Part shown: piece by piece, positions 51,322 through 61,594 of the stretch | Layout: each line of letters starts with the position of its first letter | How positions within the stretch are numbered: position 1 is the stretch's first letter | Translations under genes and position numbers: made by a program | Assembly: GCA_043228905.1 (NCBI GenBank) | Contig: JBHGNT010000015.1 | Coordinates: 18,352,001-18,416,000, forward strand | Direction: 5' to 3' | From: Azolla caroliniana | Taxonomy: Eukaryota; Plantae; Polypodiophyta | Length of the DNA stretch: 64,000 nt | The notes under the pieces: model-generated | Databases searched by the model: none | The model's input: the letters and a program-made list of their open reading frames with translations, nothing else | Told to the model about the DNA's origin: nothing

Positions 51322-51568
51322 ATACTGAGACTGACCAACTGTCACAATGGATACCTTCTCCAGGTGTGCTTTCGTACAACTCTACCTAGGAGACTGGGGC
51401 AACAATTAATGTATTAAATATGGCCTAGGGACATTTCGAGTGTGACGTACAATATCTTTGTGCATTCGAGTGTGACGTAATGAATTTGTTTTTTGTTTTT
51501 TGAAACTTATTTACAATTTTTAATGTTTATTTTCTTCTTCGATTTAGTACTAAATTTTTGGCCAAAAG

Positions 51569-51595
51569 TTGGTACACCGTAGCATGCTTCGACCT
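51569..51595 (-). repeat. Right TIR of the DNA transposon
   Basis: ttggtacaccgtagcatgcttcgacct is the inverted copy of 38782-38808. Confidence 0.92.
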
Positions 51596-54569
51596 GGGTG
51601 AAAATCGGCGATGTCGAGATTGATAAGCATTTCTTCGTGCAGGAGACATCCTCGCACCCGATGATACTTGGGGAACTGTACATTACGGCGGCACACATGG
51701 AGACAAAGGTGTTGGATAACAGTTCGGCGTACGCACGCGTGAAAAGCCAAGATGGGCGACACTCCGTCCATTTTCTGACAGTGCGACTGAACCACGAGCG
51801 TAACCGCGAGACCCTCGGCGGCGACAGCCGAGGGTTGTTTTAGAGAGGGCTATCAAGGCATGCGGCCATGATAGTCCGGACACTCCGGTAGAACCCCACA
51901 AGTGTACTATAGGTAGGAAGTTTTGGGTTTCTGACAACGGAGGTTGTACAATATCCAGAGTCGGTGGCCGGGAGAAGAAGGGGGCCGAGGAACATTTCAT
52001 GGAGTGCGGAGTCCTCCGCCCCGACAAAGAAATTAGCAGCGCCATGGAGGCAGTCTCTTTCAACGACACCTTGGGGGAAATGGGAAAGGTGATCGATGAA
52101 GGCTTTAGTGAAGACCGAGTGATTCTAGTAAGCTCGGTGGAGATGTACGAAGTCATTGCCGACTTTAGGTAAAGGGTCAGGCCGGATCAGACGGCCTATG
52201 TAAATGCAAAATACAAGACTATGGACTGGAAGGTGAGGCCAGTTGCGGTTCTCTTGCCGGAGGGCAGCGGGGAGCGGAGAAAGGGGGTCGCGTCGGACCC
52301 AAGTTTACGGAATTCGGCCGACATAGGACACCGGTTCACTAACATAACGCTACAGGAGCTCAAGGTCGGTGGGGGTGGCTTTCTACTGCCGGCGGAGGAG
52401 GATTGGTTTCGGAGATTGCTCAAAAGGCATGGGAGGGCCTTTGCATTCACGCCGGGGGAGATCAGGTGCATAGATTCGACGGTCGTGGAACCAATGGTGA
52501 TCTTCACAGTACCGCATGTGTCGTGGAATCTCAAGCCGATTCCGGTACCTAGAGCTCACATCCCAAAGTTGATGGAGCTGCTGAAGCAAAAGGTGGAGAT
52601 GGGCATCCTCGAGCCATCGAGTGCCTCATATTCGAATCGGTGGTTTACCATGCCGAAGAAGAATGGCACACTGCGCTTCATTCAAGACATGTAGTCGGTC
52701 AACAAGGTGATGAACAAGGTGTTGAGGGACTGCATCCCGGACATCACCATGTCGTTCTTGGACGACATCCCGATCAAGGGATGCCCGGTGGAAGAGAGGG
52801 ACGAATTGGTTGGGCCGGACGGATGCCGGAAATTCGTAACGGACGACATCATCGACTGCGAGAAGGTGCTACAAAGGCTGGAGGGCACGTGGCTCACCTT
52901 CTCCGGGGAGAAATTGGCCTTCGGGCAGTCGGAGATCCTAGTGGTCGGACACTTGTGCGGACCTTATGGCTGGAAACCGTCTCCGGCAAAGGTAGAAGCA
53001 ATCTCTGCAATGAAGGAAGAATGCAAGTCGGTTACGGAGGTGTGGAGGTTCCTAGGCGCGTGTGCGTTCTACCATATTTGGATTCCGCATTACGCGCACA
53101 TCGCAGAGCTGCTCTACGGGTTGCTGAAGAAGGGGCATAAATTCGAGTGGGACGAGGAACATGCGGAGTCTGTTCGTAGATTGAAGGAGGCGCTAACCGC
53201 GGCACCGACACTCCAGAAAGCAGTTTACGGCAAGGACGTCCCCATTTACAATACTGTAGACACGAGCCCGACCGGGATAGGATAGGTGGTCAACCAGGAG
53301 GACGAAACCGGCACGAGGTTCCCCATCCAGTTCGGAGCAAAAGTACTTCGCGAGCGATAGCAAGGATATGCCCAGGTTAAACATGAACTCTAGGGTATCG
53401 TTTCGGCGGCCAAGGCCGACAAAGACTACCTGATTGGAACAGAGGTAATAATAGAGACGGACTGCCTACCGATTCTCGGTATGGTTTCCGGGTGCGCGAC
53501 GTCGGACCTAGCAATGCTCAGGTGGATAGCATACATTAAGTCCCTGAATCCGAAGATTCGGCACATCTCCAGGAAGGATAACGCCATGGCCAACATGCTT
53601 TCGAGAGCAAGGTTTGATGACGAGTGCAGCATGGTTTTAGAGGACGAGGAATTCGGCGTGGACTTCTTCAAGACGGCTTACGTGATGATGAGAAAGGGGG
53701 CCACTCCGGCACTTAATGAGTTTGACGAGAACAAGTACGACGGGGAGTGGCTCCAGATCGGTGGGTTGTTGAAAACGATGACGTTGGACAAGGTGTGGAC
53801 AAAGGAAGTGGCTAACCGGATCCGGAAGAAAGCGTACCAATTCTTCCTACAGGACAGAAGCATATGGAAACACCCGAAGAAGCGAGACAGCGTCCCACTC
53901 TGGGTGGTGGTGAGGAAGGAGGAGTAGGAAGCATTGCTGACGATGTACCACGAGAGTCCTGTTACAAATCGACGCTCCGATTTACCTTCTTCACTCGGCT
54001 GCAACCGAGTAATTGCGAATCAAAGCAGCAGAAAATAGGAAACACAGAGAAAGACACGATGACACAGGGATTAACGTGGAAAACCCTGAATGGGAAAAAC
54101 CACGGGAGTCCTCAAACTCCAACTATCACTATGAACAGGGATGTACACTGGTGAAGCTACAAGGCAACAACCTTGAGCTCACTGTCTTCGCCACAGGCGG
54201 CGGTAATACACAGAGGCAACGACCTCTTCGTCTCTCTCTCTCTCTCTCTCTCGGCTGCTCTCACTTCGCATGAAAAATCAGCAACAACAACAAACTGTTT
54301 GCCCTAAGTCATATTTATACACATATGACTTTCGGGCTATTTACAAATATAGCCTCAAGGGCTCTTGGCAAAACATATTCACAAATATGTCCCCGCATCC
54401 GGATCTCTCTCCGGGTACATTCGTCATCCGGCTCCGTAACCGGGGTCTTCATCATCCGGCTCCGTAACCGGGGTATTCATCATCCGGCTCCGTAACCGCA
54501 ACCGGGCTTGCCGTCATTCATCTCCGGACATCCCATCCGGAGGGACCGAAATCCCAACAAACTCCCCCT

Positions 54570-57500
54570 TCACTTCGGCATGGGATGTCTCTCCAATCCG
54601 ATCCTCTTCCGGCATGCATCCAGCTTGTCGGGTGTGAGCACTTTGGTCAGCATATCTGAGCCGTTCTCGTCCGTGTGGATCTTCGTCAGCACGAACTCCT
54701 GGTCTTCTATCCTTTCCCAGATCCAGTGATACCTTCGCTGGATGTGCTTCGTCCGGGAGTGATAGGCCGCGTTCTTCACAAGGTGGATGGCACTCTGACT
54801 GTCGCAGTAGAGTCGGTACTCCTCCTGCCGGATACTGAGCTCTCTAATGAAGTCCTTCATCCATATCATTTCCTTGCCGGCTTCAACAGCTGCCATGTAC
54901 TCCGCCTCCGTGGTTGACAACGCAACCGTCTTCTGCAGCCTCGACTGCCACGAAACGGCTCCCCCTGCATAGGTCATCACATACCCTGATGTGGACCGGC
55001 TGGTATCTGCATCAGCCGACATATCCGAGTCGGTCAAGCCGTCGAGTTCGGGCTTACCGGAGCCGAATCGGAGGCACACATTTGCCGTGCCCTTCAGGTA
55101 TCGAAGTATCCACTTGGCCGCGTTCCAATGCTCTTTGCCGGGATTGCTCATGTACCGGCTCACCACTCCGACTGCGTATCCAATGTCCGGTCTTGTACAC
55201 ACCATTGCGTACATCAAGCTTCCGACAGCAGAGGCATATGGTACTTTCATCATGTCCTCTTTCTCAGCCTTTGTCCTGGGGCTTTGCTTGCTGGACAGCT
55301 TGCAGTTTGCCGGGAGAGTCGACCCGACTGGTCTTGCTTCCGACATGTTGAACCGTTGAAGCACCTTTGTCACGTACTTCTCCTGTGACAGCCACAACTG
55401 CTTCTTCTTCCGGTCCCGGATGATGTGCATCCCTAGTATTTGCCTCGCCGGACCTAGGTCCTTCATTGAGAAGGTTCGGTGAAGTGCTTTCTTCAGCATC
55501 CGTATCTTGACCTGGTCCCGTCCGACGATCAACATGTCGTCCACGTATAGGAGGAGTATTAGAAGGTCTCCTCCGTCGAACTTCTTCACAAACACGCAGT
55601 GATCGGACTGCGTTTTGTAGTACCCTTCATCGGTCATGAAGGAGTCAAACTTTCGGTACCACTGCCGGGGAGCCTGCTTCAAACCATAAAGGCTCTTCTT
55701 CAACCGGCATACCAAGTGCTCCTTCTCTTTCTTCTCGAATCCTTCCGGTTGCTGCATGTATATCTCTTCTTCGAGGTCACCGTGAAGGAATGCCGTCTTC
55801 ACGTCCATCTGTTCTACCTCGAGGTCCATGCTTGCCGCTATGCTCAGCACCGTCCGGATAGAGGTCATCTTCACTACTGGGGCAAATATCTCGTCGAAGT
55901 CGACGCCCTTCTTCTGCTGGAACCCCTTCACCACGATCCTGGCTTTGTATCTCGGGGGGTTTCCGGCATCTCCCGGTTTCAGCTTGAACACCCACTTGTT
56001 ACGGAGTGCCCGTTTTCCTTTCGGCAACTCCACAAGTTCATATGTGTGGTTCTCATGCAGGGAATCCATCTCCTCCTGCATGGCACTTAACCACCTGCGG
56101 CTATGGGTGTCATGCTTTGCTTCTTCAAAGCTCTCCGGCTCCCCCTCGTCGGTTAGCAGCACGTGCTCTGGTTCCGGAAATCTCCGGGGAGCCCTTCTCT
56201 CTCTTAGAGGGTATCTCCGTTCCGGAGCTTCGGTAACCGGTTCTTCCGATTCTTCTTCATCCGAATCCATTTCGGGATCGGGGCCGGTTCCGGTATCATT
56301 TTCATCTTCTTCAGCCGGTTCTGTTTCTTCACCGTCTTCGGCCGGATCCTCGAGTGCTAACCGGTCCCTTGCCAGTCGGGTCTGCTCCTCGTAGAGTTTA
56401 TCCTCACCGGTCGACTTGGAGCTCTTCATCTTCTTCTCCGACTCCCAGTCGGCGAGCGTCTTGTCCTCCATGAAGATGATATCTCGACTCCTGAATATCT
56501 TCTTGTCGACCGGGTCCCATACTCGGTAGCCGAACTCGTCGTCGCCGTAACCGAGGAATATGCATGGCCGGGTCTTTGGATCTAACTTTCCTCTCCGGTC
56601 CTTTGCCACATGCACGTATGCGAGACACCCGAACACCTTCAGATGCCGGTAGGACACTTCCTTACCGGTCCACACTTTCTGCGGCGTGTCTCCGTCCAAA
56701 GGTACTGAGGGTGATCTGTTTATCACGTATGTCGCCGTCGACATCGCCTCAGCCCAAAATCCCTTGGATAATTTCGCATGCGTCAGCATACTCCGGACCC
56801 TCTCCATTATGGTCCGGTTCATCCTCTCGGCCAGCCCGTTCAGTTCCGGCGTCTTCGGCACAGTAAACTCGAGCCGGATTCCTTTCGAGCGACAGTACTC
56901 CGCGAACTGCCCCCGGTATTCCCCTCCGTTATCCGCTCGTATCGCTTTCAGCTTCTTGCCGGATTCTCTTTCCACTCTCGCGTGGAGTTCTTTGAAGACG
57001 GACAACACTTGGTCCTTTGTCTTCAACGGTGCCGTCCACAGCTTCCGGCTGTGATCATCAATGACTGTCACGAAGTACTGGGCTCCGCCATGTGACTTCG
57101 TTTCTACCTGACACACATCAGTGTGCACCAGCTCCAATGGTGCGCTACGTCTCGTCGGTGTCCTTGAGTGGAAGGAGGTCCGGTTTTGCTTACCGGCCAG
57201 GCAGTCGGTGCACTTCTCCAGGTGCACATGCTTCACTGGAATAAGGTTGTCTTCTGCAAGCCTCTTCATCCCCTTCTCACTCATGTGGCACAGTCTTTTG
57301 TGCCACAGCTCACCGGCAGTGTCGGCTGCCACATTCAGCTCTTCCGGACATAATCGGGCATTCATCAGGTACAGAGTGTTGACTTTCCGGGCCCGAGCCA
57401 CTATCAGGCTCCCCTTGCTGAACTTCATTACGCCGTTCCGGATGCTACCTGTGTAGCCTTCATCGTCTAGCCTCCCGGCCGAAATCAGGTTCAATCGAAC

Positions 57501-58163
57501 CTCCGGAACGTGTCTGACATCCTTCAGCAGCATTTTGCATCCGGTCGGGGTTGTCAACCACACGTCTCCTATGCCGGCAATCCGGCACGTACCTTCATTT
57601 CCCATCCGAACACAGCCATGCTCACCGGCTGTGTAGGATGAGAAGTATCTTTTCTCCGGGGTCAGGTGGAACGATGCTCCGGAATCGACTACCCAGGTCG
57701 TCTCATCGCCGGCAATGTTTAGTTCACCTTCTTCGGTGATGAGCATGATCTCCTCTTCACTTGCCGCGAGTGCCGTCGTTCCTTTCCGGTCCTGCCCTCG
57801 CCGATCTGGACCTCTCCGGTCCGTGGCTCCCCGGTATGCACCGTTTCTCTCCGGTGACTTCTTCGAATCGGTGTCGTCGGCTCCGTTGTCCTTTCGGTAA
57901 TGCCGACAATTCTTCCGGAAGTGCCCCGGCTTCCCACAGTGGAAGCATGTGGGTCTTCCTCTTGACTGCGACCGGGTCCCCGACTTCTCTCGTCTTTGCG
58001 AACTCCGGTTCCATTGTCTTCCCCGTTCCGATTCGGTAAGCAGCGCCTTCGAGTCGGAGGCCGGTTCTTTATCTCTCCGACGCGCTTCTTCGTTCAAAAT
58101 ACTTGTCTTTACCGTTTGTAGGGACAAGTTATCTTCGGTGCAGGAGGTGCTGAGAGTCACCAC
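54570..58163 (-). CDS. Copia-2 gag-pol (zinc knuckle, protease, GAG-pre-integrase, integrase, RT, RNaseH), N-terminally truncated
   Basis: 1197-aa ORF: CFHCGKPGHFRKNC, WVVDSGASFH, LWHKRLCH, ELVHTDVC...DNGGEY...NGLAERMNRT, QMDVKTAFL, LLYVDDML, TDSDM...STSGY, TKHI. An in-frame TAG at 58173-58175 separates the upstream gag piece. Confidence 0.95.
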   Translation of the reverse strand: MVTLSTSCTEDNLSLQTVKTSILNEEARRRDKEPASDSKALLTESERGRQWNRSSQRREKSGTRSQSRGRPTCFHCGKPGHFRKNCRHYRKDNGADDTDSKKSPERNGAYRGATDRRGPDRRGQDRKGTTALAASEEEIMLITEEGELNIAGDETTWVVDSGASFHLTPEKRYFSSYTAGEHGCVRMGNEGTCRIAGIGDVWLTTPTGCKMLLKDVRHVPEVRLNLISAGRLDDEGYTGSIRNGVMKFSKGSLIVARARKVNTLYLMNARLCPEELNVAADTAGELWHKRLCHMSEKGMKRLAEDNLIPVKHVHLEKCTDCLAGKQNRTSFHSRTPTRRSAPLELVHTDVCQVETKSHGGAQYFVTVIDDHSRKLWTAPLKTKDQVLSVFKELHARVERESGKKLKAIRADNGGEYRGQFAEYCRSKGIRLEFTVPKTPELNGLAERMNRTIMERVRSMLTHAKLSKGFWAEAMSTATYVINRSPSVPLDGDTPQKVWTGKEVSYRHLKVFGCLAYVHVAKDRRGKLDPKTRPCIFLGYGDDEFGYRVWDPVDKKIFRSRDIIFMEDKTLADWESEKKMKSSKSTGEDKLYEEQTRLARDRLALEDPAEDGEETEPAEEDENDTGTGPDPEMDSDEEESEEPVTEAPERRYPLRERRAPRRFPEPEHVLLTDEGEPESFEEAKHDTHSRRWLSAMQEEMDSLHENHTYELVELPKGKRALRNKWVFKLKPGDAGNPPRYKARIVVKGFQQKKGVDFDEIFAPVVKMTSIRTVLSIAASMDLEVEQMDVKTAFLHGDLEEEIYMQQPEGFEKKEKEHLVCRLKKSLYGLKQAPRQWYRKFDSFMTDEGYYKTQSDHCVFVKKFDGGDLLILLLYVDDMLIVGRDQVKIRMLKKALHRTFSMKDLGPARQILGMHIIRDRKKKQLWLSQEKYVTKVLQRFNMSEARPVGSTLPANCKLSSKQSPRTKAEKEDMMKVPYASAVGSLMYAMVCTRPDIGYAVGVVSRYMSNPGKEHWNAAKWILRYLKGTANVCLRFGSGKPELDGLTDSDMSADADTSRSTSGYVMTYAGGAVSWQSRLQKTVALSTTEAEYMAAVEAGKEMIWMKDFIRELSIRQEEYRLYCDSQSAIHLVKNAAYHSRTKHIQRRYHWIWERIEDQEFVLTKIHTDENGSDMLTKVLTPDKLDACRKRIGLERHPMPK

Positions 58164-58320
58164 CAGGTTCTCCTAGCTTTCCGGCAATGTACACATCAGG
58201 ATGATGGCTTGCATTGCATCCTCCAACGGGAACTTGATCGCCGCAAGCTGGTTCACGAATCCCATGAACGTGCTTACGTGTTCCACCATACTCTCGCCGT
58301 CCCGGTACTCTCGCCGTCCC

Positions 58321-59724
58321 GGAACATGCGGAGTCTGTTCGTAGATTGAAGGAGGCGCTAACCGCGGCACCGACACTCCAGAAAGCAGTTTACGGCAAGG
58401 ACGTCCCCATTTACAATACTGTAGACACGAGCCCGACCGGGATAGGATAGGTGGTCAACCAGGAGGACGAAACCGGCACGAGGTTCCCCATCCAGTTCGG
58501 AGCAAAAGTACTTCGCGAGCGATAGCAAGGATATGCCCAGGTTAAACATGAACTCTAGGGTATCGTTTCGGCGGCCAAGGCCGACAAAGACTACCTGATT
58601 GGAACAGAGGTAATAATAGAGACGGACTGCCTACCGATTCTCGGTATGGTTTCCGGGTGCGCGACGTCGGACCTAGCAATGCTCAGGTGGATAGCATACA
58701 TTAAGTCCCTGAATCCGAAGATTCGGCACATCTCCAGGAAGGATAACGCCATGGCCAACATGCTTTCGAGAGCAAGGTTTGATGACGAGTGCAGCATGGT
58801 TTTAGAGGACGAGGAATTCGGCGTGGACTTCTTCAAGACGGCTTACGTGATGATGAGAAAGGGGGCCACTCCGGCACTTAATGAGTTTGACGAGAACAAG
58901 TACGACGGGGAGTGGCTCCAGATCGGTGGGTTGTTGAAAACGATGACGTTGGACAAGGTGTGGACAAAGGAAGTGGCTAACCGGATCCGGAAGAAAGCGT
59001 ACCAATTCTTCCTACAGGACAGAAGCATATGGAAACACCCGAAGAAGCGAGACAGCGTCCCACTCTGGGTGGTGGTGAGGAAGGAGGAGTAGGAAGCATT
59101 GCTGACGATGTACCACGAGAGTCCTGTTACAAATCGACGCTCCGATTTACCTTCTTCACTCGGCTGCAACCGAGTAATTGCGAATCAAAGCAGCAGAAAA
59201 TAGGAAACACAGAGAAAGACACGATGACACAGGGATTAACGTGGAAAACCCTGAATGGGAAAAACCACGGGAGTCCTCAAACTCCAACTATCACTATGAA
59301 CAGGGATGTACACTGGTGAAGCTACAAGGCAACAACCTTGAGCTCACTGTCTTCGCCACAGGCGGCGGTAATACACAGAGGCAACGACCTCTTCGTCTCT
59401 CTCTCTCTCTCTCTCTCGGCTGCTCTCACTTCGCATGAAAAATCAGCAACAACAACAAACTGTTTGCCCTAAGTCATATTTATACACATATGACTTTCGG
59501 GCTATTTACAAATATAGCCTCAAGGGCTCTTGGCAAAACATATTCACAAATATGTCCCCGCATCCGGATCTCTCTCCGGGTACATTCGTCATCCGGCTCC
59601 GTAACCGGGGTCTTCATCATCCGGCTCCGTAACCGGGGTATTCATCATCCGGCTCCGTAACCGCAACCGGGCTTGCCGTCATTCATCTCCGGACATCCCA
59701 TCCGGAGGGACCGAAATCCCAACA
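58321..59724 (+). repeat. 1404-bp direct duplication of 53156-54559 (Gypsy RNaseH flank + Copia-2 LTR)
   Basis: Constant offset 5165; no difference seen by eye and the ORF translations are identical. Confidence 0.95.
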
Positions 59725-60925
59725 AGTCCTTGGGCCGGACATCAGGGGACATGGACAACGTTCGAGAAGCTGAAGGAGAAGTATTGGTGGCCGGAACTGT
59801 ACCGGGACGTGCATCGGTCCGTAACGACTTGGGAAAGCTATCAGATGCATTCCATAGTCCGACATTGGGACGAGCTGCACCCGACTTACCCGTCGACCGT
59901 CCACTTCAAGTGGATGGTGGACCTGGTGATGATGCCAATGGGGGTAGGGCAGATGCAATACCTGGTGCTAACACGAGAGGACCTGACGAACCAGGTGGAG
60001 GGCCGTGCATTACCGAACAAGATGATTGTGGCCGTGTTCCGGTTCCTGATTGAAGAGGTAGTATGTTGGTACAGGTGCGAAGGGAAGATCATAGCAGACC
60101 GTGGAGAACTGGATGCACAAGAGGCCGAAGAGTTGTTTGATTGGTTAGGGGTTAAACTCTCGCTCACCACGGCGTACAATTTGGAGGCAAACGGGAAGGT
60201 GGAACGCGGACACGGGTCAATCGTAAAGGTGTTGGTACGAGCATGTGAAGGCCAAGTCGGGAATTGGCCGCGGCTCCTACCTTACGTGTTGTGGACGGAC
60301 CGAACTACGCACATTTCGGTAACCGGGTTCATGCCGGCGGAGTTGATGTACGGGCAGAAGCCAATCATGCCGATGGAGCAAACGATCTCCTCATGGGCCG
60401 CGGTGGACTAGAGAGACGAGATGAACTGGGAGGAGCTGTTAGCGGCGCAAATCCGACAGCTCGAGCGAAGACCAGAGGACATGGAACGAGCAACGGCAAA
60501 ACTGCATGCGGCAAGGACAAAGAACAAGGGGTGATTCGACCGGACTCACCGAGTACGACCAAGGAAAATCGAGGAAGGCCACTGGGTTCTAGTCTATGAC
60601 AGCAGCCTCGACAACCAGCACAAGGCGATACAGAAATTTATGAGGTGGTTCGGGCCTTACGAGGTGACAATCGTCAACAACAACGACACCTACCATCTTG
60701 CGGAGTTCGACGGAACAAGAATAGCTGTGCCGATGGCCGGGAAGAGAATCAAGGCATTCAAGAAGCGGCACGAGGATGAACCGGAGCCAGAGGACATGGA
60801 TAGCGACGGCGACCGGTTCGGAGCGGATGGCGATCCAGAGAACGAAAGATAAGCGTGGGCCGGTCTTCTCCGGCAAAGGTCTATTCTGGCACATACCGGT
60901 GGATGCACGGTTAGGTGGGGGCGGA

Positions 60926-61594
60926 TGTCGTGGAGAAAACCGTCCCTAGGAAGAATCGGTGGATAGTGTGCGTGAACCGGCCCTTACACACGAGCACATG
61001 TTTTGATGTATTGTACATAGTTAGGTACAGGTCGATGATGTGAATATCCTAGGTAGCGCGTATGCATTAGGTAGAGAATTGAGGAGTATCTCTATCAAAA
61101 GGGACACAGAATAAAAGTGATGGAACAGACTGTAACGTCTCTCTCCTTGGACTATAAAAGGAGAGGAGAGGGGACTGAGAGGGGATCGCGTTTTAGGCTA
61201 GGACGAGGTGTTGTCGGACTGGGAACCAAGCTCTCTCCTCCTTTTTCATTGCTCTCTGCAGGATTCTGGGTGGGTTGCCTCTGCTTCGAGGAAAGTCGTG
61301 TGCGTTTTGGCAAGGCTCTACTGTGTGTGCGCGTGGGTGTGTGATTGTCTGGGTTGGCTCTGTCGCCGGCTAGCCAGTTGTAATCTTGCTAACACTGTAA
61401 TCATTATTGTTGTTGTAGTTGAATCTCTTGTTTTTCGTCTACCTGTGTTTCTCCGGCAAGCGTTGTCGATTGTAGATAGGTCTACCCGGCCCTACACGTA
61501 CACGCTTCTCCCTTCCTCTTCCTCAGCTATCTCCTCGGTTCATGGCCCCCATGGTCCTGCCTTATTTCCCACGCGAAAGAGAAATAACTTGACA
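60926..61594 (+). repeat. Gypsy 3' LTR
   Basis: 669 bp, preceded by a PPT and followed by TSD acgt. Confidence 0.95.

Larger units (their letters stand above)
38782..51595 (+). mobile_element. 12.8-kb autonomous TIR DNA transposon, Sola2-like, with a second gene and cargo
   Basis: TIRs gggtcgaagcacgctacggggtaccaa / reverse complement aggtcgaagcatgctacggtgtaccaa (24/27). TSD gggt at 38778-38781 and 51596-51599. Removing the element restores the Gypsy frame GACPNVRV|KIGDVEID. A DDD transposase lies inside. Confidence 0.93.
53960..59724 (-). mobile_element. Young Ty1/copia (Tnt1/Tork-like) retrotransposon Copia-2 with a rearranged 5' end
   Basis: 600-bp LTRs 53960-54559 and 59125-59724 (TGTTAC...CAACA), TSD agtcc (53955-53959, 59725-59729), PPT next to 54560. 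The gag 5' end and PBS are missing, replaced by a copy of flanking Gypsy DNA (58321-59124). Confidence 0.93.
36218..61594 (+). mobile_element. Non-chromoviral Ty3/gypsy LTR retrotransposon (tRNA-Trp primed, 4-bp TSD), decayed; hosts the DNA transposon and Copia-2
   Basis: LTRs 36218-36885 and 60926-61594 (TGTC...GACA). TSD atgt (36214-36217) / acgt (61595-61598). PBS at 36890 and PPT aggtgggggcgga before the 3' LTR. Protease DHGSEINLM (~38650), RT (52221-53285, FLDD), RNaseH, and integrase (59730-60850). Confidence 0.95.

Noticed and set aside
50555-51379. ORFs of 137-249 aa near the right end of the DNA transposon
   Set aside because: They are low-complexity products of (GA)n and a 120-bp duplication, more likely the 5' UTR/intron of the accessory gene.
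59120-59729. Independent solo LTR with perfect TSD
   Set aside because: The left agtcc belongs to the duplicated flank (copy of 53156-53959), so this is the same insertion event.
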